Positions 1 to 9,080 of a DNA stretch of 64,000 nucleotides are shown here, in pieces. The DNA is from a virus. Its lineage: Duplodnaviria; Caudoviricetes. The stretch covers positions 17,738 to 81,737 of IMG/VR virus record IMGVR_UViG_3300044738_000005; one strand, 5' to 3'. Under the pieces are notes generated by a model. It made no database searches. It worked only from the letters and a program-made list of their open reading frames with translations, and had not been told where the DNA came from. The translations under genes were made by a program, and so were the position numbers. The first letter of the stretch is position 1. Every line of letters starts with the position of its first letter.

Positions 1-1
1 C

Positions 2-238
2 GGCATCAGCAGCACGATCAACCTTCCCGAGCCCGTGCGCGACCCGACCAAGCAGCGCGAGTTCGCCGAGGTCCTGTACTCGTACCTCCCCCGCCTGCGT
101 GGCGTGACCGTCTACCCGGACGGCGCGCGCGGCGGCCAGCCGTTGACTCCTGTGGACGTGGAGTACGCGCTGCAGCACACCGGGGTCCGCTTCGAGGAAG
201 CCGAAGAGCGGTGCGTGGGAGGCGCGTGTGGCGTCTGA
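2..238 (+). CDS. Ribonucleotide reductase, 3' end (class II-like), truncated at window start
   Basis: Frame from nt 2 reads GISSTINLP...LRGVTVYPDGARGGQPL and ends CVGGACGV; these are RNR C-terminal motifs and terminal redox Cys pair. Confidence 0.75.
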   Translation, partial: GISSTINLPEPVRDPTKQREFAEVLYSYLPRLRGVTVYPDGARGGQPLTPVDVEYALQHTGVRFEEAEERCVGGACGV

Positions 239-410
239 CATCCTGCACGAGCCTCCTGGCCCCTACGCGGGCATTAGCCTGTCGCTGCTGATCCGCGAAC
301 TTGAGAATCGCAAGCCACGTCCGATTCACCCGGAGCAATTGAGCCTCTTCGCCGCGCCTGGTAGTGTGGCGGAGGCTGGCAGCGGCGGGGCAGCGGTCTC
401 CCCCGCCTGA
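228..410 (+). CDS. Small hypothetical protein with QLSLF motif
   Basis: 60-aa ORF overlapping the RNR stop; contains PEQLSLF; followed by a terminator-like hairpin. Confidence 0.55.
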   Translation: MASDILHEPPGPYAGISLSLLIRELENRKPRPIHPEQLSLFAAPGSVAEAGSGGAAVSPA

Positions 411-425
411 ACAACCGGGACCGAA

Positions 426-453
426 GAAGGGCCGCCCATGCTGGCGGCCCTTC
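426..453 (+). terminator. Intrinsic terminator-like hairpin
   Basis: GAAGGGCCGCC-catgct-GGCGGCCCTTC, perfect 11-bp stem. Confidence 0.65.
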
Positions 454-579
454 GCGTACTCTAGGGGGCCTTGCGGGGACCGCCACATCGCCACCATCCG
501 CGCCACCGGGGCGTCCGCTACCGCTCTAGGCGGCGGACGCTCCGGCCGCGCAAGTCCCGGCGGGTGTCAGAGCCTCCCG

Positions 580-585
580 TAGCCT
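580..585 (+). promoter_or_regulatory. -10 box of a leaderless promoter for the protease
   Basis: TAGCCT 7 nt before GTG at 593; no SD sequence. Confidence 0.55.
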
Positions 586-592
586 TCAGGCC

Positions 593-1255
593 GTGAGCAA
601 GGTCATCACCCAGCCAGACGGCACCCAGATCGCTGAGTTCCGCTACGACTTCTTCCTCGACTCCAAGGCCCAGACGGTTACGGAGACCGAGGACGGCGAC
701 CTGATCATCGAGGGCTACGCCTCCGACTACGGGGTGGACCGCCAGGAAGAGGCCTTCGAGCCGGGCGCGTTCGAGGAAGGCCTCAAGGCCTTCATGGCGA
801 CCAATCCGATCATGCTCTTCCACCACAAGTTCGACCAGGCTCTTGGTCGCTTCGTGGATGCTCGCATTGACGGCAAGGGCCTCTGGGTCAAGGGCGTCGT
901 GGACAAGCCGGAGCCCGGCACCTGGGCGGCCGACGTGTTCAGCAAGATCAAGAAGGGCACCATCAAGGCCTTCTCGGTCGGCGGCATCTTCAAGCGTCGC
1001 ATGACCCCTCAGGGTCCCCGCATCTTCAAGGCTGACCTCGCCGAGATCAGCGTCACTCCACTCGCCATCAACCCGCGCACGACCTTCGCGGTCGTGGGAG
1101 CCAAGGCGTTCGAGGGCGTGGAGATTCCCGCCCTGCCGAACGTCGATGGTGACGTGCGCGAGGACGACGAGTGGATGGTGAAGGAGGCCGTGAGCATGCT
1201 TGAGAGCGTGTTCTCGCGGATCGAGAAGCGAACCTCAGCACCCGCTGAGGTCTGA
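593..1255 (+). CDS. HK97-family prohead protease
   Basis: IEGYAS..GVD...E.FEPGAF, LFHH (catalytic His), FSVGG (catalytic Ser), LAEISVT..A.NP. Confidence 0.92.
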   Translation: MSKVITQPDGTQIAEFRYDFFLDSKAQTVTETEDGDLIIEGYASDYGVDRQEEAFEPGAFEEGLKAFMATNPIMLFHHKFDQALGRFVDARIDGKGLWVKGVVDKPEPGTWAADVFSKIKKGTIKAFSVGGIFKRRMTPQGPRIFKADLAEISVTPLAINPRTTFAVVGAKAFEGVEIPALPNVDGDVREDDEWMVKEAVSMLESVFSRIEKRTSAPAEV

Positions 1256-1298
1256 CCGTCCCACTTTTGTCACAACCGTCTGTAGCTTAGGAGACACG

Positions 1299-2615
1299 AT
1301 GGACGAACTCAAGCAGATCATCGAGCGCATCACCGCCCTTGAGGGCAAGGCGCAGGAGCTTCTGACCACGGCCGAGGCTTCCTCGGACACCACCGAGGTC
1401 AAGGCGCTGCAGACGACCCTCAACGACGAGATTCTTCCCGAGATCACTCGCCTGCGTGAGCAGCGCGAAGAGATCGAGCGCAAGGAAGAGCAGAAGGCGA
1501 TGCGCGCCGAGGTCACGACGCTGCAGGAGGTCATCAACGATCTTCGCAAGCCGCTTCCCGACTTCTCCATCGGCACCGGCTCCAAGGCCATCGAGTCCGC
1601 TGACGACTCGTCGCTGTACGCCGAGGGCAAGCACAGCTTCTTCGCCGACGTGAAGGCCGCCAACCGTGGCCGCCAGGACGCTCTTGAGCGTCTGGGCGCG
1701 CTGGAAGGCAAGGCCATGAGCGAGGGCGTGGACGCCCAGGGCGGCTACCTCGTCCAGGCGCAGATCAGCCGCGAGATCGTGCAGGCGCGCGAACTCGACA
1801 ACGTGCTGCGCGCTCTGTGCTCCAAGCTCAACGTGACCACCAACGAGGTCCAGTTCGACAGCCTGTCGCTCGGGACCACGGCTGGCTGGGTCGCGGAACT
1901 CGCTGAGAAGCCGGAACTGACCAGCATGCAGCTTGCGTCGGTCTCGGCGAGCGTGTTCACGGCCGCAGGCCTGGCCACGATCTCGAACCAGCTTCTCGCC
2001 GACTCGAACCCGGCGGTTGACGGCCTCGTCACCCGCGACCTCGCCAAGCGCCTCGTGGCGCTCGAAGAGGCGGCGTTCCTGGCGGGCACCGGCACCAACC
2101 AGCCGCTCGGCCTGCTCAACACGCCCGGCGTTCAGACCGTCACCACGACCGAGACCGGCGACGTGGCCGCTCCCGGCGCGCTGCTCGATGACATCCTCGA
2201 TGGCATCGGCAAGGTCCAGACGGAGCACGGTCAGCCGACCGCGATCCTGATGCACCCGCGCACGTGGACCGCGATCATCAAGGCGCGTGACGCTCAGGGC
2301 CTCTACTGGCTCGGCGCTCGCCGCCCCGACCAGGGTCCGAACACCGACCAGACGCTCTTCGGAGTCCGCGTGGTCCTCTCCAACCGCGTGCCGACCAACC
2401 TCGGCACCGGCACGGACGAGTCCCGCGTAGTCATCGGCGACTTCTCCGAGGCGCTGATCCTCGACCGCCAGGGCATCACGGTGGACGAGTCGCCTCACGT
2501 CCTGTTCACCAGCAACCAGACCATCTTCCGCGCGGAGCAGCGGGTGGGCTTCACGGCTGCCCGTCAGCCCAAGGCCTTCTGCATCGTCGGCGGCGCTGGC
2601 CTGGCCGGGCGCTGA
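1299..2615 (+). CDS. HK97-fold major capsid protein with N-terminal delta domain
   Basis: AGGAGA RBS before ATG 1299; coiled-coil N-terminus; GGYLV; FLAGTGTNQPLGLLN; ILMHP..W; GDFS; FRAEQRVG. Confidence 0.93.
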   Translation: MDELKQIIERITALEGKAQELLTTAEASSDTTEVKALQTTLNDEILPEITRLREQREEIERKEEQKAMRAEVTTLQEVINDLRKPLPDFSIGTGSKAIESADDSSLYAEGKHSFFADVKAANRGRQDALERLGALEGKAMSEGVDAQGGYLVQAQISREIVQARELDNVLRALCSKLNVTTNEVQFDSLSLGTTAGWVAELAEKPELTSMQLASVSASVFTAAGLATISNQLLADSNPAVDGLVTRDLAKRLVALEEAAFLAGTGTNQPLGLLNTPGVQTVTTTETGDVAAPGALLDDILDGIGKVQTEHGQPTAILMHPRTWTAIIKARDAQGLYWLGARRPDQGPNTDQTLFGVRVVLSNRVPTNLGTGTDESRVVIGDFSEALILDRQGITVDESPHVLFTSNQTIFRAEQRVGFTAARQPKAFCIVGGAGLAGR

Positions 2616-2633
2616 TCGAGAGAGGAACCAGAC

Positions 2634-2969
2634 ATGAGCGTACGTGACATCAACGACGTGAACTACGACGAGGCGGTCAAGACCGAGCAGGTCTCGGAGA
2701 CCGTCCAGGGCCAGCCGCAGCCGGAGCCGCGTGAGCGCGACAACGGCGAGGTCACGGTCAACGAGTCCAAGGTCAAGCTCGACCAGCCCGTCCTCGACCC
2801 GAACCACCCGCTGGCGGTTCAGGTCCCCGAGGGCGTCGGCGCTCGCGCTGACGAGGACGAGCTTCTGTCCGACCGCTACGCGGCGGGCACGGCTGAGGAC
2901 CAGTTCACGGCCGCTTCCACGCCTCCGTCCAAGCCGAAGGCCAAGGCCTCGGCGGACGACAAGTCCTGA
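2634..2969 (+). CDS. Hypothetical acidic protein after capsid
   Basis: GAGGA RBS; 111-aa ORF with typical codon usage. Confidence 0.6.
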   Translation: MSVRDINDVNYDEAVKTEQVSETVQGQPQPEPRERDNGEVTVNESKVKLDQPVLDPNHPLAVQVPEGVGARADEDELLSDRYAAGTAEDQFTAASTPPSKPKAKASADDKS

Positions 2970-3001
2970 CCACCGCTACGCCTAACCGCTAAGAGCTACC
3001 C

Positions 3002-3026
3002 GGAGGCCCGCCACGTGCGGGCCTTC
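3002..3026 (+). terminator. Terminator-like hairpin
   Basis: GGAGGCCCGC-cacgt-GCGGGCCTTC followed by a T-rich stretch. Confidence 0.6.
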
Positions 3027-3053
3027 GTCGTTCTGTAGCGTAGACTGGATCGC

Positions 3054-3518
3054 ATGGCTGATCTCGCCTTCAACATCGCCAAGGGCCGCGTCGTGGAGTT
3101 CTACAACCGAGTGGACTCCAACGATCCCGCGAACAGCGCGCTGGTGATCGTACCTGTCGATGTTGGCGGGGTGACGGACGCGGCGCTGCGCGACCTCGAC
3201 ACGCTTGCTGCGGTCCTTGCCGCCGGAGTCACCGAGCGGTCCACGAGCGGCTGGTCGCGCAAGGTCCTGACCGATGCTGACCTCGGCGCGTGGACCCCGG
3301 ACGACACCAACGACCGCACCGATCTCGACATCCCCGATCTTGTGTGGACGCCCACGGCTGGCACGGTGACCGACCTGATCGTCTGCTATGACGGCGACAC
3401 CACGGCGGGCACAGACGCGAACATCGTACCGCTGACGCTGCACGACTTCCCGATCACGCCGGACGGCTCGACGGTCACGGCCGAGATCAGCGCGACGGGC
3501 TTCTTCAGGGCGACCTGA
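3054..3518 (+). CDS. Putative virion structural protein
   Basis: 154 aa, beta-rich, in the structural module; leaderless TAGACT at 3041-3046. Confidence 0.55.
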   Translation: MADLAFNIAKGRVVEFYNRVDSNDPANSALVIVPVDVGGVTDAALRDLDTLAAVLAAGVTERSTSGWSRKVLTDADLGAWTPDDTNDRTDLDIPDLVWTPTAGTVTDLIVCYDGDTTAGTDANIVPLTLHDFPITPDGSTVTAEISATGFFRAT

Positions 3519-3531
3519 GCTAGGAGGCCGC

Positions 3532-4725
3532 ATGGCGGTTGCCGCCACCAACCTCACTACGTCGCGCAGCGGAGGCGACGCCACGCTCTACAACACCGCG
3601 TCGATCACGCCCGGCGCGAACCGTCTGATCCTTCTCGCCATTGGACAGTTGGCGTCCTCGGCAGGCGATGCAGTCCAGCCGACTGTCACCGGCTGTGGCC
3701 TCACTTGGGAGCTTGTAGCGTCGCGCGGCGTGGTTGGCCAGCGCAAGGTCTACTTGTTCCGTTCCATGGGCGCAGCCCCGACGACAGGGCAGATCACGAT
3801 TGACTACGGCGCGGGCAATTCCCAGCTTGGTTGCGACTGGTCCGTGGTCGAGTTCACGGGCATGGATACGAGCGGCGTGAACGGGTCTGGTGCCATCGTG
3901 CAGGCGGCCTCGGCGGCTGTAAATCCCGGTACCGGAGCCACGGCGACCTTGGCCGCCTTCTCGTCGGCCGACAACGCGACCTTCAGCATGGCTGCCCATT
4001 CCATTCAGGAGGCGACCACTCCGGGCAGCGGGTTCACGCAGATCGCTACCGTCAGCGGCAGCAGCCCGGCGTCGAGCTTGACGACGGCGTTCCGGCCAGA
4101 CAACGACACGACGGCCGACTACTCATGGACCACCAGTACGTCGGGCGGCGTGATCGCCGCTGAGATCAAGGCCGCCGTTGTCGGCGGGGGCGGCCAGACG
4201 GTCGTGCTGGGCCAGGTTGTCGGCACCGGCGAGGTCCAGCCGATCATCGCGCGCAAGACGCGCACGCTCGGACAGGCTTCGTCCGGCGCGGAGGCGCAGC
4301 CGATCACCGCGCGCAAGCGGCGGACGCTCGGTCAGGTTGTCACTGGCTCGGCGGCCCAGGCGGTCCAAGCAGTCAAGCGTCGCGTGCTCGGGCAGGTCTC
4401 GACGCAGGACACCGCACAGCCGATCACGTACACGCCCCCGACGCCTGCGCCGGGGTACGTTCACTTGCCTCACCCGCTCGACGGTATTGTCTACGGAGTG
4501 TCGGCCGATGGAGTCGTGTTCGAGCCGGTCAGCGATGGCACGCTAGAGCCCTACGTAGGCTCCATGCGCGCCGCAGGCGAGGACGGCCTGTCGGTGATCC
4601 TGGGCCTCGCAGGCCCAGAGGCATTCAGCGGAGTGACGGAGCCCAACGAGGCGTCCGGCGACGTTGAGCCTAGCGTGGCAGGCGGAGTGGTAAGCCCGGC
4701 CGCTCAGGACGGTACGATTACCTGA
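3532..4725 (+). CDS. Ser/Thr/Gly-rich putative virion protein with four ~19-aa repeats
   Basis: AGGAGG RBS; repeats of the form R.LGQ......AQPI.A.K. Confidence 0.6.
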   Translation: MAVAATNLTTSRSGGDATLYNTASITPGANRLILLAIGQLASSAGDAVQPTVTGCGLTWELVASRGVVGQRKVYLFRSMGAAPTTGQITIDYGAGNSQLGCDWSVVEFTGMDTSGVNGSGAIVQAASAAVNPGTGATATLAAFSSADNATFSMAAHSIQEATTPGSGFTQIATVSGSSPASSLTTAFRPDNDTTADYSWTTSTSGGVIAAEIKAAVVGGGGQTVVLGQVVGTGEVQPIIARKTRTLGQASSGAEAQPITARKRRTLGQVVTGSAAQAVQAVKRRVLGQVSTQDTAQPITYTPPTPAPGYVHLPHPLDGIVYGVSADGVVFEPVSDGTLEPYVGSMRAAGEDGLSVILGLAGPEAFSGVTEPNEASGDVEPSVAGGVVSPAAQDGTIT

Positions 4726-5048
4726 TGGCCCTCGAACTCAAGCGCAACGACCTTCGGCCGCACTTCCGCGTGAGCCTGACCGCCAACGGCGATCCTGTCG
4801 ATCTCACCGACGCCACGTCCGCCTTCTTCCTGATGAAGCAGGGCACGAACGGAACCCCCAAGGTGGACAGGGGCGCGATGACGTTCGTGGACCGCGCGAC
4901 TGGGACGGTCGAGTACGCCTGGGTGGTCGGAGACACCGACACGGCCGGAACCTTCAACGTCGAGGTCGAGGTCCTGTGGGGCACCGAGCCCCAGACCTTC
5001 CCGTCCAAGGGCTACTGGACCGTGACCATCGAGGACGACCTTGGCTGA
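4725..5048 (+). CDS. BppU-N-like Ig-fold virion protein
   Basis: D.RP...V.L..NGDPVDLT...G.VEYAW..GDTDTAG.F..EVEV.W....QTFP pattern. Confidence 0.65.
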   Translation: MALELKRNDLRPHFRVSLTANGDPVDLTDATSAFFLMKQGTNGTPKVDRGAMTFVDRATGTVEYAWVVGDTDTAGTFNVEVEVLWGTEPQTFPSKGYWTVTIEDDLG

Positions 5049-5673
5049 TCTGATCACCCCAACGCTTCTCTACAATGCGCTCAACGTAGCGCCCGGCGAC
5101 CTGTCTCCGCAGGAGGTTGACAAGTACGCGGAGGCCATCGCCGCCGCGTCGGCGGCTGTCCGGGCCTGGACGGATCGGAACTTCGAGGCAGCCACCGGCA
5201 CGGCCACCACGCGCACCTTCGAGTACGACGGCTCCGGCGTGCTTGAGATTGACGACTGCACGTCCGTCACGGGCGTTGCGGTGACGGTCCCCAACGGCGT
5301 AGATCGCAGCCTCACGCCGGTTGAGTTCTCCCCGCGCCCCTTCGAGGGTCCGATCTTCGACTACATCACCATGAGCCCCTCGTGGGGCCAGATCAGCCGC
5401 GAAATGGGCTTCACACGCAACCTCGACCGCTACGAGGGACCCCTTGGGTACCAGCCGACGATCAAGGTTACGGCGACCTGGGGCTGGCCGGAGATTCCGG
5501 CCGACGTGCGGCGTGCGGTCATCTGGACCGCTGTGGCCCTGGTCGAGAACCCGCGCCCCTTCATCAGCGAGTCCATCGAGGGCTACTCGCGCACCATCGG
5601 CCCGGCTCCGTTCGACGCGATCCCGCAGCGTGCGGCCGCGCTGCTCGCGCCCTACACCAAGATCAAGGTCTGA
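5041..5673 (+). CDS. Head-tail adaptor/connector
   Basis: A...V..WT.RNF; TRTFEYDG; V.ATWGWPEIP.DV; ESIEGYS; position after capsid. Confidence 0.75.
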   Translation: MADLITPTLLYNALNVAPGDLSPQEVDKYAEAIAAASAAVRAWTDRNFEAATGTATTRTFEYDGSGVLEIDDCTSVTGVAVTVPNGVDRSLTPVEFSPRPFEGPIFDYITMSPSWGQISREMGFTRNLDRYEGPLGYQPTIKVTATWGWPEIPADVRRAVIWTAVALVENPRPFISESIEGYSRTIGPAPFDAIPQRAAALLAPYTKIKV

Positions 5674-5675
5674 CC

Positions 5676-6185
5676 ATGGCGACGATTCACGCAGAGGTCG
5701 AGACCTTCATGGCCAAGAACAGCATGGGCCACTGGGCTTCCGGCAAGGCCGGTGAGGCCAAGCTCGCGCTGGACGATCTCGTGGACGCTGGCAAGGACGC
5801 GGCCGTACGCCTCGCTCCGCGCGGCCCCGCGCACAACCGCGCCGGGCACGTGCACTTCAAGGACTCCATCGTGGACGCGGGCTATTCCAGCGGTCAGGAG
5901 CGCGGCTGGGGCACCATCGCCAAGCACTTCTGGTGGTACGTCCGGGGCACGGGGGCTCACCCGATCACGGGCAAGATGCGCTTCGACTGGGACGGCGGCA
6001 ACTTCCACTGGCGCGACTACCGCTTCGGCCCCTATGGCTCCGGCAAGGCCTACGAGAACTGGGACGAGTCGTCGGGCGCAACCGTGCGCCACCCCGGCAC
6101 CGGCCCGCATCCGAACTGGCTCAAGGCCTCCTTCGATGCCGTGGCTCCGCTCGCGCCCTCCTTCCTGAAGCGGCGGATGGGCTGA
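5676..6185 (+). CDS. HK97 gp10-like neck/tail completion protein
   Basis: GT..HPI and V.HPGT.P.P.WLK motifs; synteny. Confidence 0.55.
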   Translation: MATIHAEVETFMAKNSMGHWASGKAGEAKLALDDLVDAGKDAAVRLAPRGPAHNRAGHVHFKDSIVDAGYSSGQERGWGTIAKHFWWYVRGTGAHPITGKMRFDWDGGNFHWRDYRFGPYGSGKAYENWDESSGATVRHPGTGPHPNWLKASFDAVAPLAPSFLKRRMG

Positions 6186-6637
6186 TGGCCGTCATCGACC
6201 CCTACGTCGAGGTCTCGGACGGCCTCAAGCAGATCATCGACTCCGAGTTCGCCCCGGAGGGCTTCGTGGCGATCCACGACCGGCTGCACGAGTCCCTCGG
6301 CGACGAGGGCACGCGCATCGGCATCAGCCCGGAAGAGCAGGCCCCGCAGCGGGGCAACGAGGTCGTGCTGGCGACAGTCGTGCTCGTGCAGTTCTACGGC
6401 AAGTGGAACAAGGAGATCGACAACGCGCAGATCGTGGACCCTCGCCGGATCACGGGCTACGCGGCCCGCTTCCGGCAGCGCGTCTACACGTCTGCTGCGC
6501 AGGGATCGAGCAGCGTGTGGTACTACAAGCTGCTCTCGATCACCTACCCCAAGGACCCCACGGGCAACAAGACACGCTTCGAGGCGCAAGTGCAGGCGCT
6601 CGGCGACAACACAGGGCTGACCGAAACGACTGGCTAG
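6185..6637 (+). CDS. Putative tail terminator
   Basis: 150 aa, TGATG-coupled, directly upstream of the tail tube region; call based on synteny. Confidence 0.5.
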   Translation: MAVIDPYVEVSDGLKQIIDSEFAPEGFVAIHDRLHESLGDEGTRIGISPEEQAPQRGNEVVLATVVLVQFYGKWNKEIDNAQIVDPRRITGYAARFRQRVYTSAAQGSSSVWYYKLLSITYPKDPTGNKTRFEAQVQALGDNTGLTETTG

Positions 6638-6665
6638 TGGCACGGACGCATGTAGATTGTACTTC

Positions 6666-7019
6666 ATGGCGACCGCTACCGTTTCCAAGGGCAAGTCCGC
6701 GCCGGAAGGCGATCTTGTCATCACGCCGCCGCTCGGTGAGCAGTTCACCGTAGGCTCGGACAGCTACCAGACCGACGACGTGGCGCTCGTCGCATCGCTC
6801 GGCTCGCTCGTGGAGGCCGGGACGCTCGACGTGTCCTGGGCTACCGACGAGGCTGACAACTCCGAGGCGGAGGCGCGCAAGGCTGCCGACAAGGCCGCCA
6901 AGCAGCGGTACCGCGACATCCAGGCCGACAAGCCTCTCGAAGAACTGACGCCTGTGCCGGACACCGCGCAGGGCGACCCTGACCCCGACGCAACCGATCT
7001 CGCAGGGAGTGACAACTGA
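6666..7019 (+). CDS. Hypothetical protein
   Basis: Leaderless TAGATT (6653-6658) 7 nt before ATG 6666. Confidence 0.55.
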   Translation: MATATVSKGKSAPEGDLVITPPLGEQFTVGSDSYQTDDVALVASLGSLVEAGTLDVSWATDEADNSEAEARKAADKAAKQRYRDIQADKPLEELTPVPDTAQGDPDPDATDLAGSDN

Positions 7020-8095
7020 TGGCAGGCCTTCGCTCGAACTCCGCCTGGTGGGCGATCCAGAAGCAGCTTGCCCAGGGCACCGCTGCTGCGGGCACCGCCG
7101 CCTCGGCCTTCAAGATTCCCTTCGCGGGCGGCTCCATCGGGCCGGTCCGCGAGACCGACCGCCTCGCTGAGACCGACTCGTCGGTCGATCAGGGCGATCC
7201 CTACGTGACCGCCTCGGGCGTCGAGGGCTCCCCGGAGGCCTACGTCCGCGACTCCTACCTGCCGCTCCTGCTGCACGGAGTCCTCAACGGGGCCATCGTG
7301 TCCTCGGGCACGACCAACTTCACCCACCAGATCGACGCGGCCGCCAACGACATGCCGTACTACACGATCTGGAAGGACATCGGCGCGCAGTCGGCGACGA
7401 CTCCGTTCGCGGCGCTTGCGCCGGGCATCATGGAGAAGTTCGTGGACTGCCGCATCGGCTCCGCCACGATCTCGGCTGAGGCTGGCTCGCCGCTGACCAT
7501 CGCCGCTGGCATCCAGGGCCGCATCCCGACCAACGAGGACGCTCCGGCGTCCATCGCTGGCCTGGCGATGTCGCAGGACCCGGTGTACCTCTACTCGCAC
7601 GCGACCGACTACGCGGCCAACCCGGACGTGTCGCTGATCAAGCTCAACAACGGGGCGACCTTCAAGATTCGCTCCTTCGAGTTGACCATCGAGAACAACG
7701 TGTCGCGCCAGCAGACCAACACGGTCTACCCGCTGGACGTTCCGGCCGGTGTCCGCGAGGTCACGCTCGGCTTCGACCTCGTGTTCGATGACAACTCGAT
7801 GTACGAGCAGTACCACTACGCGGGTGGCGTGGACGCCACGACCAACATCTACACGCTGGGCTCGACCATCGCGGCCCCTGGCGCGCAGTTCATCTTCCGT
7901 CGCGGCACGAACAACGAGGTCTCGTTCACGCTGCCGAAGATCGCCGTCGAAGAGTTCCCCGTCGAGCCTGACCCCGGTGGCGACCCCATCGTCGTCCCGG
8001 TTCGCGGCGTGGCCCTTCGCGGAACCGCCACGGACCCCATCGTCCGTGCCACGGTCAAGAACCAGAACGCGGGCACGGCGTACGCCGGAGCCTGA
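7019..8095 (+). CDS. Major tail (tube) protein
   Basis: 358 aa; TNFTH; YYTIWK; F.DCRI.S.TI; SFELTIENN; G.REVTLGFD; followed by a strong terminator. Confidence 0.85.
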   Translation: MAGLRSNSAWWAIQKQLAQGTAAAGTAASAFKIPFAGGSIGPVRETDRLAETDSSVDQGDPYVTASGVEGSPEAYVRDSYLPLLLHGVLNGAIVSSGTTNFTHQIDAAANDMPYYTIWKDIGAQSATTPFAALAPGIMEKFVDCRIGSATISAEAGSPLTIAAGIQGRIPTNEDAPASIAGLAMSQDPVYLYSHATDYAANPDVSLIKLNNGATFKIRSFELTIENNVSRQQTNTVYPLDVPAGVREVTLGFDLVFDDNSMYEQYHYAGGVDATTNIYTLGSTIAAPGAQFIFRRGTNNEVSFTLPKIAVEEFPVEPDPGGDPIVVPVRGVALRGTATDPIVRATVKNQNAGTAYAGA

Positions 8096-8121
8096 TCTCT
8101 CCTTCCTGCCGGACCCGACCT

Positions 8122-8141
8122 GGGCCGCCTTCGGGCGGCCC
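8122..8141 (+). terminator. Terminator hairpin with UUCG loop
   Basis: GGGCCGCC-TTCG-GGCGGCCC then TTGTCGTTCT. Confidence 0.8.
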
Positions 8142-8270
8142 TTGTCGTTCTAGTCGAAATGAGGCATTCTGAGCCCCTGCATCGCTGGGTGAGGGTCTAC
8201 CTCCAAGATCACCCTCGGAGGCCGCGAGAGGGCCGTTCCCGGGCGTCAGGGCACGTGCGAGACTGGTTGC

Positions 8271-8453
8271 ATGGCAGACGACAACACCGACCCACAGCAG
8301 AGGGCCATCGAGATCGCCCTCGCCCAGGCGAAGCGCGTCAGTCGTGAGAGTAGGCTTGTAGTCCAAGCCCTCGCTCGAATCCGCGACGGCGAGTACACAC
8401 CACAGCCCAAGGAGGCACAGGAGCATGAGCGCAGCAACCGCAGCACCACCTGA
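8271..8453 (+). CDS. Small hypothetical protein
   Basis: 60-aa helical ORF overlapping the chaperone start. Confidence 0.4.
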   Translation: MADDNTDPQQRAIEIALAQAKRVSRESRLVVQALARIRDGEYTPQPKEAQEHERSNRSTT

Positions 8454-8883
8454 GTTCGACAAGCCGACCACGGCGGCGGCCTGGAAGAAGGCCAAGACGC
8501 ACGAGGTCGTGCTCCCTTCGGGAGTCGCGGTCGAGATCGAGATTCCCAACCTCTCCCAGATGGTCAAGACGGGCGAACTGCCCAACGACCTGATCGACGC
8601 CGCCCTCGGCGCGATGCAGAAGCAGCGTGTGACGCCGGACCTGCTCCTGAAGCAGGCCGACTTCTACACGAAGCTCGTCGCGCTGACCGTCGTGAAGCCG
8701 AAGATCACCGAAGAGGACGTGGCCGACCTCCCCTACGAGGATCAGGAGCTTCTGGTCGAACTCGCTACGAGGCAGCGCGACGTTGACGCGCTGGGTCACC
8801 ACATCGCTGGCCTGCACACCAGCAAGGACTGGCGGCGCTTTCGTGGGTACGACATCAGCGACGAGGATGTGGAGGACCTGTAA
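8425..8883 (+). CDS. Tail assembly chaperone (G-like)
   Basis: Between tail tube and tape measure; AAGGAGG RBS. Confidence 0.75.
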   Translation: MSAATAAPPEFDKPTTAAAWKKAKTHEVVLPSGVAVEIEIPNLSQMVKTGELPNDLIDAALGAMQKQRVTPDLLLKQADFYTKLVALTVVKPKITEEDVADLPYEDQELLVELATRQRDVDALGHHIAGLHTSKDWRRFRGYDISDEDVEDL

Positions 8884-9058
8884 GGAGGCAGGTCGCCCCT
8901 GGCCGGTTCTTGACGACGACCCCCTGATCGACTACATGATCATGGAGGCAGTCGCCGTGAAGGCCGCCAAGGAGGAAGCGAAGGCACAGAAGGAAGAAGA
9001 GCAGAAGGCCTGGAAGAAGGACAAGTCCGGGCTAGACAAGCTGAAGAACCTGGGATGA
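8840..9058 (+). CDS. Tail assembly chaperone extension (T-like) in the +1 frame
   Basis: Open +1 frame overlapping the 3' end of the chaperone up to the TMP; -1 frame closes quickly; alternative ATG at 8867. Confidence 0.6.
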   Translation, partial: FVGTTSATRMWRTCKEAGRPWPVLDDDPLIDYMIMEAVAVKAAKEEAKAQKEEEQKAWKKDKSGLDKLKNLG

Positions 9059-9080
9059 CGGAGGGGGTGAACAGAGCACG

